Of a DNA stretch of 64,000 nt, positions 20,106 to 29,976 are shown piece after piece. The first letter of the stretch is position 1. The number at the start of each line of letters is the position of its first letter. The notes beneath the pieces are model-generated. The model searched no databases. It was given only the letters and a program-made list of their open reading frames with translations, and was not told the origin of the DNA. The position numbers were made by a program, and so were the translations under genes. Source of the DNA: an uncultured Myxococcales bacterium (GTDB lineage: Bacteria; Myxococcota_A; Bradymonadia; UBA7976; UBA1532); NCBI GenBank assembly GCA_903847385.1, contig CAINDO010000561.1, forward strand, positions 10,328-74,327, in the 5' to 3' direction.

Positions 20106-20354
20106 TCAGAACGGTTCCTTCTCGACGCTCTGCAGAATCTCGGGCAGGAAACTCTTCTTCGGCTCGAGGCCTTTGAAGTTCACGTCGCCCTTCTGGAGGA
20201 TGTAGAAGGCCTCGGGCTTCTGAATCTGACCCTCGACCTTGAGGGCGTCGATCTGGATGACCTTGCCTTTCCCCTTGTCGCGCTTCTTCTCCTGCGCGGC
20301 GGCGGGGGTGGCGGCGATGATCAGGGCCAGACAGGCCAGGACGAAAGTCTTCAT
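20106..20354 (-). CDS. small secreted protein (GltF/NfsF-like position)
   Basis: 82 aa, signal peptide 'FVLACLALIIAATPAAA'. 4-bp overlap with the upstream TPR lipoprotein gene. Confidence 0.5.
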   Translation of the reverse strand: MKTFVLACLALIIAATPAAAQEKKRDKGKGKVIQIDALKVEGQIQKPEAFYILQKGDVNFKGLEPKKSFLPEILQSVEKEPF

Positions 20355-21616
20355 TTCTCTCCCCCATCGGCGGAAGCGGGCGCCGCTGCGGGCGCGGGCT
20401 TCGGGTCCTTGCGGGCGGCTTCGGCCTTCTTCTGCTCGACCACGATGCGCTTGTTGGCCTCGGCGATGTACTGATCGACGGGGTCGTTGGCGGCGGGTCG
20501 GCCGGGGGCCTGCTTGTAGCGCTGGAAAAAGTCGACGGCCTGCTGCAGGCGCGACAAGGGCTCGACGCCCGGGAGCTGGCCGTCCAGGTAGAGGATGCCC
20601 AGGTTGAACAGGACATCCCCCGAGTTCGGATTGAGCTCGAGCGCGCGCTTCATGGCAGCATCTGCATCGGCGTACTTCTGCTGGCCCTTGAGCGCGTTGC
20701 CCAGGTTCATCTGGGCCGCCAGGAACTGCGGGTGCCGGCTCAGCGACTGGCGGAACATGCCCTCGGCGCCGGCGTAGTCGCCGGCCTCGTGATAGACCAG
20801 CCCGAGATCGTTGTAGACCTCGGCGCTCGCGCCCCCGGGGAGCGCGACGGCTTTCTCCAGCTGCAGGCGGGCCTGGGGCTTCTCGTTGAGCGCGACGTAG
20901 CTGCGCGCCATCTTGGCGTAGGGCTCGGGATCGTTGGGATCGTTGGCCGAAGCGCTGGCGAGCACGGCGATGGCCAGCTCGTGTTTGCCCTGGCGCGCGT
21001 AACCGGCGCCGAGGACCTTCATGGCCTCGACGTTCTTCTCATCCGCCCGAAGGACGCCCGTCGCGTCGGCGATCGCGCCGGCGACGTCGTTGTTCGCCAA
21101 CTTGAGGCGCGCGACCGCGTTGCGCACGCCCGTGCTCTCCGGGGCCTTCTCCAGCCGCTCCTGCGCGAAGGACAACGCCGCGGCGGCGTCCCCCTTGCGG
21201 AGCATGATCTGGGCGATGGCGGTGACGGCGGGGCCGAACTCGGGGCGGGCGTCGAGGGCCTGCTTGTAGAAGCGACGCGCCTCGACGTCGTTGCCCTGCC
21301 GCTCGGCGAGGACACCGAGGTTGTACAGCGGCTCGGGCGCAGAGCTGTCGGTGGAGGCGGCGGACTCGTAGGCGCGGCGCGCGGCGTCCAGATTGCCGGC
21401 GGCGGCCTCGCGCTGACCCTGCTCGAGCTGGCCGGCGATCTCCGGGGAAACCGTCGCCTGGGGCGCGGCCTCGGGGATGTGCGTCGAGCCCGAGGAGTCG
21501 CCGGCGACGGGCGCAGCGCCTCCAGAGGCGGCGGTACCGGACTTGCCCTTGGGGCCACCGCCACAGGCGGACGTCAGGGTGAGCGCGACGAGCGCGATGG
21601 TCAGGTGGGTCTTCAC
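20351..21616 (-). CDS. TPR-repeat lipoprotein (GltE/AglT/NfsE-like)
   Basis: Lipobox 'LTLTSAC', then repeated TPR-like helices (Y/A/L/G/N periodicity). 4-bp overlaps on both sides. Confidence 0.75.
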   Translation of the reverse strand: MKTHLTIALVALTLTSACGGGPKGKSGTAASGGAAPVAGDSSGSTHIPEAAPQATVSPEIAGQLEQGQREAAAGNLDAARRAYESAASTDSSAPEPLYNLGVLAERQGNDVEARRFYKQALDARPEFGPAVTAIAQIMLRKGDAAAALSFAQERLEKAPESTGVRNAVARLKLANNDVAGAIADATGVLRADEKNVEAMKVLGAGYARQGKHELAIAVLASASANDPNDPEPYAKMARSYVALNEKPQARLQLEKAVALPGGASAEVYNDLGLVYHEAGDYAGAEGMFRQSLSRHPQFLAAQMNLGNALKGQQKYADADAAMKRALELNPNSGDVLFNLGILYLDGQLPGVEPLSRLQQAVDFFQRYKQAPGRPAANDPVDQYIAEANKRIVVEQKKAEAARKDPKPAPAAAPASADGGEK

Positions 21617-24600
21617 TTCTCACCCTCCTCGGCTTCGGCCGGCGCCGCGTCCGAGGGCGCGGGGGTGGGCGGCGGCGGAGGCGCGGTGAGGAGCCGGGCC
21701 GGGGTCATGTCCTCGCCGGAGAACACGCGCCGCTCCTCCTTGAAGAGCGGGTAGTCCGCCGGCTTGAACTTGTTCAGCGAGGTCAGGATTCGCTTCGTCC
21801 ACTCGTTCGTGACCTTGAACTCGCGGGCCTTGTCGTAGGCCGTGACGTAACGCTTGACCGCCTCGTCCTCGATCGGCAGCGCGATGTCCTCGAGCTGGGT
21901 CCGGTAGGCGTCCTGCTCCTCCTCGGAGAGCCCCGGGGGAATCGGAGCGTCGTACAGCGCCTGCGCGAAGACCTGGTACATGTGGCCGAGCCGGTAGAAC
22001 GCCGCGAGCGTCCACTCGAACGCCTTGTAGTCGATGACCTCGGCGTACTGGCGCTGCAGGTCCTTGATGCGGCCCTGCATGTCCTTGATGGTCTTGCCCT
22101 GGTTCTGGAGCGAGCCGGTGAGCTTGAGGGCCTCGTACTTCTGGAACTCGAGCTCGACGATCTTGAAGCGCGCCTTGGCCGGGTGGACCGCGATGGGCGT
22201 GCCGCCCTGGAGGCCACGGGCGTTGAACTCGTTGATGATGCGGTCCCAGGTCTGGCGCGCCGAGCGGCCGTTGCCCTGCTCCTCGTAGATGTCCGCCGAC
22301 CGCGAGAGGCCGGTGATGACCTTCTCGGCGTTCGCCCGATCCACGCCGTACTTCTTGATGAAGGTGTCGTAGATGCGCAGGGCGTTGCGGGTGTCCTTGA
22401 GCTTCTCGTAGTTCCGAGCCGCGCGGAAATAGGTCTCCGCAGCGTCGGGCTGGCCCGGGAACATGTCCGCGTACTTCTCGAAGTTCGCCGCGGCGCGCTG
22501 GTACTGCTGGGTCTCCTCCTGCAGTTCCGCCGCCTGGAGCAGCGACTCGGAGCGGTGCTCCGACGCCGGGTACTTCTCCATCAAGAGCAGGTGGCTGCTG
22601 ATGGCGCGGTCGTAGTCGAAGAACCGCTCGGAGTTCACCGCCACGCGGAAGAGCGCCTCGCTGGCGAACTCGCTCTGCGGGTACTCCTGGTAGATGCGCT
22701 GATAGGTGTTCGTCGCCGACTCGAAGCGCCGGACCTGCTCGAACGCCACGGCGGCGTTGTTCAAGGCCTTGTCGGCGAACTTGTTCTTGGCGTCCTTATC
22801 CACGAGCTCGACGTACTTGAGCGCGGCGGCCTCGTACTTCTTGTCGTTGAACAGGGCCTCGGCCTGCTTGAAAGCCGCGCCGGTCTCGAGCTTGCGGATC
22901 TGCTCCGCCAGGACACCCTGCTCCTCTTTGGAGCCGATGTTCGCGGCGCTGAGCTTCCCGGCCCAGAGCTTCATGTTGTCCCAGTCGTTCGCGGCGCGGT
23001 ACGTCTGAATGATGTTGTTCGCGGCGAAGTAGGCGACCTTCTCCTGCGGGTACTTCTCGACGACGAAGGAGAACCACTTCCGGGCCTCGTCGTAGTGTTT
23101 GTACTCGTAGAAGACCTCGCCGGCCTTGTAGGCCACGCGGGGCAGCTTGCCGGCGTCGGCCGGGTCCTTGAGGCCCTTCTCGACGTAGGCGACGCGAGCG
23201 TTCACGAGCTTCATGACCACCGGCGGGATCGGCTCCGGCTCGATGACCCGGATCGACTCGGTGCCATCGCCGACGGGTTTGTCCCCCGTGGCCTTGGCCG
23301 CCGTGCTCTCGATGGGCTGGTTGAGCAGCGACGGGCGTGACTCGATCTTGCCGCTGTCGATGTCCTGCTTGACCGTCGACTCGTTCGACAGGATCGCGCT
23401 GAAGCCGGCGAGTTCCTGGTACTTCGTGCCCAGGCTCGAGTCGCGCACGGCCTCGTACTGGGTGGCGGCCTCGCCGAACCGGAACGAGTAGAAAAGGCAC
23501 TCGGCGTAGAAGAAGCCGAGCTCGTAGGCGTTCTCGGAGGTCGGGTACTTGCGCAGGTAGTTGTCGTAGGCGACGGCGGCGAGTTTGTACTCCTTGATCG
23601 CCTCGTCCTCGGCCTCGACCTTGCCCGCCTTCGCTTCTTCTTTGAGGGCCTGCGCGCGCGTGTGGTGGTACTGGGCGGCGGTGATCAGCGCCCCCTCGAC
23701 CAGCTTCTCCGCGTTCCGGATGACCTCGGTGTTCGAGCGGTTCGCCTCGTGCCAGGCGGAGCCCTCGCCATAGCTGCGGGCCAGCGTGTCGCGCTCGGCG
23801 AAGGCGTCGTCGAAGCGACGCAGGCGCTCGTAGGCGACGATCACGTTCTGGCTGAGCGCCGGGTTCTCCGGGTTGTTCGGGAACTTCTTGATGAGGAACC
23901 GCGTGGCCTCGATGCTCTCCTCGTACTTCGAGTTGTCGAAGTAGATCTGAGCGATGCCCTTGAGGACCTCGACCTCGTAGGGCTTGTCGCCCGACAGGTA
24001 GCGCAACGCCCGGTTGAAGCCCGCGTCGTCGTCCGGCCGACCGTCGCCGTCCCAGTCCTCTTCCTGGAGCGAGATCGCCAGGTACTGGATGGCCTCGGCG
24101 CGGAGGTCCGAGCCCTTCGCCCCGGACTTGGCCGCCTGCTCGTCGCTGTACTCGACCAGCGACTTGAAGCGCTTGATGGCGTCGTCGTACTGGTCGTTGC
24201 GGTAGTAGGTCCAGGCGAGCTTGTACAAGGCCTTGTCGTAGAAGGGCGTGTCCTTGTACGCGAGGACCTTGGAGTAGGCGTCGATCGCCTTGGGCAGGTC
24301 GTTGTAGTCGAAGAAGTACTCACCGATGCGCAGCCACGCCTCGGGAACAAACTTGCTGTCCGGGTACTTCTCCACCAGCGTCGTGAACTGGTCCAGCGCC
24401 GGCTTGTCCTCGCCCATCTCCTTGAGGCAGTAGCCCTTCAGGTACATGGCGCCGTCGGCGTTGCGGTTGTCCGGCCAGCGCCCGAGGAGGCGGTCGAAGA
24501 GCGAGATCGTCGAGCGGTAGTCCTGGCGCGGCTCCGAGGGCGGCTCGGGCATCTCGCCGGCGTCGAACTTCTTCAGGTCGCCCTCGTACTGCTCGAGGGC

Positions 24601-25128
24601 CTCGAGGTAGCCGTCGTAGGCCTTCTCGAAGTGCAGCTCGGCGAGCCGGAACAAGGCGTCCGGCGTGTACTGCGGGTGGTCCGGGTAGCGGTTGAGGAAC
24701 TCCTCGAAGCGCAGGATGGCCTCTTCGCGGCGCTTGCGCTCCTCCTCGACGTACTTGGAGACCGCGGCGTCGTACTTCTGCTGCACCTCGACCTTCTTCA
24801 GGGCGAACTGCTGCTCGACGAGCTTGGCGACGTCCTTGCGGAAGTCGACGATCTCCTTCTCGAAGCTGGCCATCTCCTCGGCCAGTTCGATCATCTCGGG
24901 GGACACGCCCCCCTGCTCCGTTGCGGGGGCCGGGGCTGCCGCCACGGGGGCCGCAGAGGCGGGCGCGGAGGCTTCGGAGGCGGGTGCGGGGGCTTCCGAG
25001 GCCGGGGCCGCGGGGGCGGCATCCTGACCGTGGGCGTCCACGAGGGGCGTGGAGGTCAAGGCCGCCGCGAGCAGGAGCTGCTGGCGTCCGCGATGCCATG
25101 CGCGCCGTTTGAGGGTCCGCTCAGTCAC
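21613..25128 (-). CDS. large secreted TPR-repeat protein, 1171 aa (GltD/AgmU/NfsD-like)
   Basis: Signal peptide, Ala/Pro-rich linker, then >20 TPR-like repeats ('YPDHPQYTPDALFRLAE', 'YPDSKFVPEAWLRIGEYFF', ...). Size and architecture match the AgmU family. Confidence 0.8.
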   Translation of the reverse strand: MTERTLKRRAWHRGRQQLLLAAALTSTPLVDAHGQDAAPAAPASEAPAPASEASAPASAAPVAAAPAPATEQGGVSPEMIELAEEMASFEKEIVDFRKDVAKLVEQQFALKKVEVQQKYDAAVSKYVEEERKRREEAILRFEEFLNRYPDHPQYTPDALFRLAELHFEKAYDGYLEALEQYEGDLKKFDAGEMPEPPSEPRQDYRSTISLFDRLLGRWPDNRNADGAMYLKGYCLKEMGEDKPALDQFTTLVEKYPDSKFVPEAWLRIGEYFFDYNDLPKAIDAYSKVLAYKDTPFYDKALYKLAWTYYRNDQYDDAIKRFKSLVEYSDEQAAKSGAKGSDLRAEAIQYLAISLQEEDWDGDGRPDDDAGFNRALRYLSGDKPYEVEVLKGIAQIYFDNSKYEESIEATRFLIKKFPNNPENPALSQNVIVAYERLRRFDDAFAERDTLARSYGEGSAWHEANRSNTEVIRNAEKLVEGALITAAQYHHTRAQALKEEAKAGKVEAEDEAIKEYKLAAVAYDNYLRKYPTSENAYELGFFYAECLFYSFRFGEAATQYEAVRDSSLGTKYQELAGFSAILSNESTVKQDIDSGKIESRPSLLNQPIESTAAKATGDKPVGDGTESIRVIEPEPIPPVVMKLVNARVAYVEKGLKDPADAGKLPRVAYKAGEVFYEYKHYDEARKWFSFVVEKYPQEKVAYFAANNIIQTYRAANDWDNMKLWAGKLSAANIGSKEEQGVLAEQIRKLETGAAFKQAEALFNDKKYEAAALKYVELVDKDAKNKFADKALNNAAVAFEQVRRFESATNTYQRIYQEYPQSEFASEALFRVAVNSERFFDYDRAISSHLLLMEKYPASEHRSESLLQAAELQEETQQYQRAAANFEKYADMFPGQPDAAETYFRAARNYEKLKDTRNALRIYDTFIKKYGVDRANAEKVITGLSRSADIYEEQGNGRSARQTWDRIINEFNARGLQGGTPIAVHPAKARFKIVELEFQKYEALKLTGSLQNQGKTIKDMQGRIKDLQRQYAEVIDYKAFEWTLAAFYRLGHMYQVFAQALYDAPIPPGLSEEEQDAYRTQLEDIALPIEDEAVKRYVTAYDKAREFKVTNEWTKRILTSLNKFKPADYPLFKEERRVFSGEDMTPARLLTAPPPPPTPAPSDAAPAEAEEGEK

Positions 25129-27391
25129 CGGTGGCCTCTTTCAACTCGCGCTCCATGACCTCGAGCTCTTCGCGCTCCTTGGCCCGGGTGTCGGCAATCA
25201 GCTTCGACTGGTCCTGTTTCTGCTTCCAGGCGATGTCCACGTTGCCGACGTCCGCCTCGAGCACGACGGAGGCGATGCGGTCGAGCACCGCGCGGAAGCT
25301 GCGGGCCGCGATCGTGCCGCCGAGCGACTCGGTCTGCCCCTGATAGGTCACGAGTTCACCGCCGTAAGTCCCGATGTTCTGCCGCTCGCGGTCCACCTGA
25401 TGCTTGAGCTCGGCGACCTTCTCATCGACCACCGTCGCGGTCTTCTGAAGGAAGGCGACCGCCCGCGCGTCGAGCTGCGAGATCCGGCTGCGTTCGGAGG
25501 CGGCGACCGGCGCGCCGTGCCCGGCCAGATAGGCCTCCTCGGCGTCCAGGGCCGCGGCGAGCGACTGGCGGATCTTCTCGTCCTCGTTCGAGGCCGAATC
25601 GTTCACGCCGACGCTGAGGCGCTGCATCTCGATGCCACGCGCCATCTTCTCGTACTCGCCCCGGAGGGCGACGGTCTCGGCGAGCTCCCGGGCGACCTGG
25701 TCGTAGACGGCCTTCTCTCGGCCCGTCGCCCCCTTGCTGGCGACCGTGTCCTCGACGTACTTGGAGATCGCGGCCAGCTGGGCCTCGAGTCCACGAATCT
25801 GCACGTTGAGCGCGAAGCCGGTCTTGTCGAGCTCGCGGATCTGGGCGTCGACCTTCTTGTCGCGCTGCTGGAGCGCCTGGGCCGTGCGGGGGATCTCGGC
25901 GTAGCGGGACTCCCAGCCGCGGCGGGCCTCGCGCAGGCGGGCGTACTCCGGATCGCTGCGGAGCGCCGGCGTCGCCGTCTTCTCGTTGAGCTGGACGCGC
26001 GCGGCGGCGAGCGTCGCGCGCGCCTCGAGCCCCTGCAGGACGCCCTCGAGCAGGTTCGGGAACACCTCGACGCGGTTGGGCGCGTTGAGGAGCGCGTCCA
26101 GCCGCTCGATGGTGCGCTGCGCCTCGTCGACGTCCCGCTTCTCCTGGGCGAGGTCTCCGACGAGCACGACGGCCCGGTCGGCCTCCATGTCCGGGCCGGC
26201 GAACTCGGCGGCCTTGGCCGGCAGGAACGTGGTGAGATCGAAGTTGGCCAGGTTGCGGCCGATGACCCGGTTGAAGTGCCCCTCGAGATCACCCTTCGCG
26301 CCGTCGACGACCTTCTGCATGTCGTCGCGGATGGGGTTGAACTCGTAGAGGACCTGATTGAAGGAGCTCTGGGCTTCTTCGTAGCGGCCGAGCATCAGGA
26401 GGAGCCGGCCCTGCAAGAGTCGCGAGTCCGCGCCGTGGAGAACGTCGGGCTGCGCGATCAGGAGGATCTCGAGCTTCCGGACGGAGGCCTCGTAGTCCTT
26501 CTCTTTGATGGAGATCCAGACGCTCTCGTAGACGCCCTTGTCGTAGTGCTTCGAGGCCTTGTCGATGGACTCGTAAGCCTCGACCGCCTTCACCAGCTCG
26601 CCGCGCTCGTACAGAATGCGCGCGACGGCCAGGCGGGCGAGGTCGCCGATCTCGGCCTCCTCGGCCTCGTCCGCCTGCCCCGCGGGGTCGGCGGCGACGG
26701 AGATCGCGTGTTCGAAGGCGCTCGTGGCCTCCGCGAGTTTGTTCTGCCGAATGAACGCGACACCGGCGAAGTACAGCGAGCGCCGGTGGAGCGCGTGGCT
26801 CTCCGGGATGCGCTGGAACCAGGCCGTCGCCTCGGCGAAGTTCGACTGCCGATAGTGGAACTTGCCGATCGCGTAGTAGAGCGTCGGCTCCTCGCCCTGG
26901 TTGGCCAGCTCACCGGCGCGGGCCAGGTAGGTCTGCGCAGCGGCGGCGTCGTGCGTCGCCAGCGCGATCTCGAGCAACCGCGCCACGGACTGCTGCCGCT
27001 GGTTCGGCGTCCCGATGCTCGTCACCTCGGCGTAGTACTGCGAGGCCGGGCGATAGTTCCGCAGGGCGAAGAGGGACTCGGCGAGATAGAAAAGCGCGTC
27101 CCGATAGGCCGGGTGCGAGCGGTTCTTCGAGTCGTCGACCACGTCGAGCAGGGCCATGGCCGCCCGGTCGTAGTCCTTCATGATGAAGAGAAGCTGACCG
27201 TCGTTCAGCCGCGCGGTGAGCCGATTGCTCCGCTCCATCATCTCGGGCACGAGGTATCGCCGCTCGAGGTTCGAGAGCGACTCGTCCACCTGCTGCAGGT
27301 CCACCCGAGCCCCGCCGAGGTCGGCAGCGAACGCGGGAACACCGATCAAGAACGCGCACGCCTGGAGCGCGCGCCTGCTCCCGCGCTTCAT
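25121..27391 (-). CDS. secreted TPR + coiled-coil protein, 756 aa (possible GltC/NfsC-like)
   Basis: Signal peptide 'ACAFLIGVPAFAA'. N-terminal TPR-like repeats, C-terminal coiled coil. 8-bp overlap with the downstream gene. Confidence 0.7.
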   Translation of the reverse strand: MKRGSRRALQACAFLIGVPAFAADLGGARVDLQQVDESLSNLERRYLVPEMMERSNRLTARLNDGQLLFIMKDYDRAAMALLDVVDDSKNRSHPAYRDALFYLAESLFALRNYRPASQYYAEVTSIGTPNQRQQSVARLLEIALATHDAAAAQTYLARAGELANQGEEPTLYYAIGKFHYRQSNFAEATAWFQRIPESHALHRRSLYFAGVAFIRQNKLAEATSAFEHAISVAADPAGQADEAEEAEIGDLARLAVARILYERGELVKAVEAYESIDKASKHYDKGVYESVWISIKEKDYEASVRKLEILLIAQPDVLHGADSRLLQGRLLLMLGRYEEAQSSFNQVLYEFNPIRDDMQKVVDGAKGDLEGHFNRVIGRNLANFDLTTFLPAKAAEFAGPDMEADRAVVLVGDLAQEKRDVDEAQRTIERLDALLNAPNRVEVFPNLLEGVLQGLEARATLAAARVQLNEKTATPALRSDPEYARLREARRGWESRYAEIPRTAQALQQRDKKVDAQIRELDKTGFALNVQIRGLEAQLAAISKYVEDTVASKGATGREKAVYDQVARELAETVALRGEYEKMARGIEMQRLSVGVNDSASNEDEKIRQSLAAALDAEEAYLAGHGAPVAASERSRISQLDARAVAFLQKTATVVDEKVAELKHQVDRERQNIGTYGGELVTYQGQTESLGGTIAARSFRAVLDRIASVVLEADVGNVDIAWKQKQDQSKLIADTRAKEREELEVMERELKEATGD

Positions 27392-27394
27392 GCC

Positions 27395-28207
27395 TTACCT
27401 GTCTTCCTCGGCCTTGCCGTCCGCTGCGGCAGTGGGCGCGCCGCGCTTGACGTCCAGAAGTTCGGTGTCGAAGCGGATGGCCGGGCGGTCCTTGAGGTCC
27501 GTCGTCATGCCACCCTTTTCGTAGCCAACGACCTTCAGGCGCGCCAGCTTGCCCTCCTCGGCGCGGAAGGTATAGGAGCTGCGAAGCGTGAACACGTAGC
27601 CGTTCAGGTACGAGAAGATGCCGTAGCCGTTGCCACGGTAGACCATCACGACGGAGACGAGGTGGTTGCCGGGCACGATCGGACCGTTGAAGATCTCGAT
27701 CTCCTCCTGGTCGTCCAGCTTGCCCTCGCCCTCGGCGCGGCTGAAGATTTGCGAGCCGTCGAGGCTGTAGCTGACCTTCTCGAGCCGGAAGCTGGACCCC
27801 ATCTCGTTGCGGTGGACGATCTGGGCCTCGGAGCCGGCGATGCTGCTCGCCAGGACGGTCTCCTTGAGGATGGCCAGCCTGGACTTGGAGCGGAAGATCT
27901 TCTCTTTGAGCTCGTTGACGTGGGTCTCGAGCTCCTGAACCTTGAGCTTGTAAGCGTCGTCGCCGTTGCCGGCTGCCTGCGCCGGGGCCTCGGTGGGCTT
28001 GGCCACCTCGACCTCGGCGGGCGCGCCGGGCGGCGCAGGTGTCGCCGCTGCGGCGGGCGCTGCGCTCGCCGGGGCCGGGGCGGCTGACGGCGCGAGGCTC
28101 GCCGGCGCCGTGGCCGGGGAGGGCGCACTCGCAGGCGCCCCCTGACCGACGGCCCAGCCCGGTGCCGCAAGGAGGATCGTCGCGAAAAGGAGAATGAGGC
28201 TTCGCAT
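27395..28207 (-). CDS. secreted hypothetical protein (first gene of the operon)
   Basis: ATG 28207 preceded by GGGAG at -7. Signal peptide 'MRSLILLFATILLAAPGWAVGQ', Ala/Pro-rich linker, short coiled coil, beta-rich C-terminal domain. The track's upstream alternate start is rejected. Confidence 0.6.
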   Translation of the reverse strand: MRSLILLFATILLAAPGWAVGQGAPASAPSPATAPASLAPSAAPAPASAAPAAAATPAPPGAPAEVEVAKPTEAPAQAAGNGDDAYKLKVQELETHVNELKEKIFRSKSRLAILKETVLASSIAGSEAQIVHRNEMGSSFRLEKVSYSLDGSQIFSRAEGEGKLDDQEEIEIFNGPIVPGNHLVSVVMVYRGNGYGIFSYLNGYVFTLRSSYTFRAEEGKLARLKVVGYEKGGMTTDLKDRPAIRFDTELLDVKRGAPTAAADGKAEEDR

Positions 28208-28249
28208 TCGAGGACTCCCTACGGCGCAGACACCCGGGGTGGTTCGTCG

Positions 28250-28278
28250 ACCTAACACAGCCCCTTTCGGTATGTCAA
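28250..28278 (-). promoter_or_regulatory. candidate sigma70-type promoter for the glt-like/OPX operon
   Basis: Minus-strand TTGACA (28278-28273), 17-nt spacer, TTAGGT (28255-28250). ~40 nt upstream of the GGGAG SD and ATG 28207. Confidence 0.3.
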
Positions 28279-28324
28279 CCAGGAGAGTTTACTGCGACGA
28301 CCTGCGCTGCTTGAAAAAGTTCAA

Positions 28325-29353
28325 TCATTCCGAAGGGTTGGACGGTCGCTTTCGCGACCAGCGGCCGCCCGCGGCCAACGCGTCGGCCACGGCCTTTCGC
28401 AGAGCGTCCATCCCCTGCCCCGTGACGGCGGAGATGGCCAGCACCGGTCCGACCTCGGCTTCGAAGGCGGGGAGGAGCTCCGCGACGTCCGGCCGATCCA
28501 TCTGAGTGAGCACGACGAAGGCGGGCCGCGTCAAGAGTCCCGGGTCGTGCCGGCCGAGTTCCGCGCGCAGCGTGCGCAGATCGGACACGGGATCGCGGCC
28601 GGGGCCGTAGTCCAGCGTGACCAGGTAGAGGAAGAGGCCGGTCCGCTCGATGTGCCGCAGGAACCGGAGCCCGAGGCCCGCGCCCTCGGCGGCGCCCTCG
28701 ATGATCCCCGGAATGTCGGCCATCACGTAGCTGCGCTCGTCGTCCACCGACACCACCCCGAGGTTGGGGACGAGTGTGGTGAACGGGTAGTCGGCGATCT
28801 TGGGCTTCGCGCGGCTCAGCACGCTGATGAGCGTGGACTTGCCGGCGTTGGGGAACCCGACGAGCCCGACGTCCGCGAGCAGCTTGAGCACCAGGACGAT
28901 CTCGCGCTCCTGGGCATCTTCGCCCGGTTGCGCGTAGTCCGGCGCCTGGCGCCAGGGCGTCGCAAAGTTCTGGTTGCCGAGCCCGCCGCGGCCACCCTTC
29001 AGCAGGATGAGCTCCTGGTCGTCCTCGGTGAGGTCGCCAATCAGCTCGCCGGTGGCCGCGTCGTGGAGCTCGGTCCCGACGGGCACGCGCAGGACGAGGT
29101 CTTGCCCGTCTGCGCCGTGGCAGTTGTTGCCCTCGCCGGCCCGACCGTTCTGCGCGGCGTACTGACGCCGGTAGCGGTAGTCCTGCAAGGTGGCGAGCGT
29201 CGAGTCGGCGCGGAGGATGACATCTCCTCCGCGACCGCCGTCACCGCCATCGGGGCCTCCGCGCGGGACGAATTTCTCCCGCCGGAATGATACGCACCCC
29301 TGCCCGCCTTTTCCGGAGCGGACGAGGAGCTTGGCCTCGTCGATGAACTTAAT
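28325..29353 (-). CDS. obg: GTPase Obg/CgtA
   Basis: In-frame N-terminal Obg fold '[46 protein letters not shown]', G-domain '[10 protein letters not shown]', 'DIPGIIEGA'. No ATG/GTG/TTG upstream of KFIDE in frame, so start is probably ATT at 29353-29351, overlapping the rpmA stop. Confidence 0.85.
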   Translation of the reverse strand: MKFIDEAKLLVRSGKGGQGCVSFRREKFVPRGGPDGGDGGRGGDVILRADSTLATLQDYRYRRQYAAQNGRAGEGNNCHGADGQDLVLRVPVGTELHDAATGELIGDLTEDDQELILLKGGRGGLGNQNFATPWRQAPDYAQPGEDAQEREIVLVLKLLADVGLVGFPNAGKSTLISVLSRAKPKIADYPFTTLVPNLGVVSVDDERSYVMADIPGIIEGAAEGAGLGLRFLRHIERTGLFLYLVTLDYGPGRDPVSDLRTLRAELGRHDPGLLTRPAFVVLTQMDRPDVAELLPAFEAEVGPVLAISAVTGQGMDALRKAVADALAAGGRWSRKRPSNPSE

Positions 29354-29603
29354 TGGGGTAGACCGCGACGCGAGTGCGCCCAGCGGGCGTGGTCTCGAAC
29401 TTGACCTTGCCGTCCACGAGGGAGAACAGGGTGAAGTCCCGGCCGATGCCGACGTTCTTGCCGGGGTGGTAGCGCGTGCCGCACTGGCGAACCAGGATGT
29501 TGCCGGCGACGACGACCTGGCCCTCGAACCGCTTCACGCCGCGGTACTTCGGCTGAGAGTCGCGGCCGTTCCGAGTGCTACCCTGACCTTTTTTGTGTGC
29601 CAT
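29349..29603 (-). CDS. rpmA: 50S ribosomal protein L27
   Basis: '[16 protein letters not shown]...' canonical L27. Confidence 0.95.
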   Translation of the reverse strand: MAHKKGQGSTRNGRDSQPKYRGVKRFEGQVVVAGNILVRQCGTRYHPGKNVGIGRDFTLFSLVDGKVKFETTPAGRTRVAVYPN

Positions 29604-29619
29604 CTCAGTGACTCGACTT

Positions 29620-29931
29620 TCAGGCCGAAATGCCGGTGATCTTCAACTCGGTGAAGTACTGGCGGTGACCGATCTTCTTGTGGAAGCCCTTGCGGCGCTT
29701 CTTCTTGAAGACGAGGATCTTCTTGGCTCGGGCGTGGCGGGTGATGCTGGCCGTGACCGATGCACCCTCGACGAGGGGGCGGCCGATCTTGGCGTCGCCG
29801 TTGCCACCGACCAGGAGAACCTGGTCGAGGGTGACCGTGCTGCCGATCTCGCCCGCGAGCATTTCAACGCGGAGCGCCTGGCCTTCGGTCACGCGGTACT
29901 GCTTACCGCCGGTCTTCACGATTGCGTACAT
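29620..29931 (-). CDS. rplU: 50S ribosomal protein L21
   Basis: '[14 protein letters not shown]...' canonical L21. rplU-rpmA-obg order is conserved. Confidence 0.95.
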   Translation of the reverse strand: MYAIVKTGGKQYRVTEGQALRVEMLAGEIGSTVTLDQVLLVGGNGDAKIGRPLVEGASVTASITRHARAKKILVFKKKRRKGFHKKIGHRQYFTELKITGISA

Positions 29932-29976
29932 GATTCGATTCCCGGTGAGAGGGGTCTCAAGAACTACGGGCCGCGG

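Noticed and set aside
25049-28087. 1012-aa plus-strand ORF antisense to the TPR protein genes; similarly 37630-40155 and 39749-42070 antisense to the helicase/glmS, 35676-36443 and others
   Set aside because: Low-complexity Arg/Gly/Asp/Val composition. Each overlaps a strongly supported gene on the other strand.
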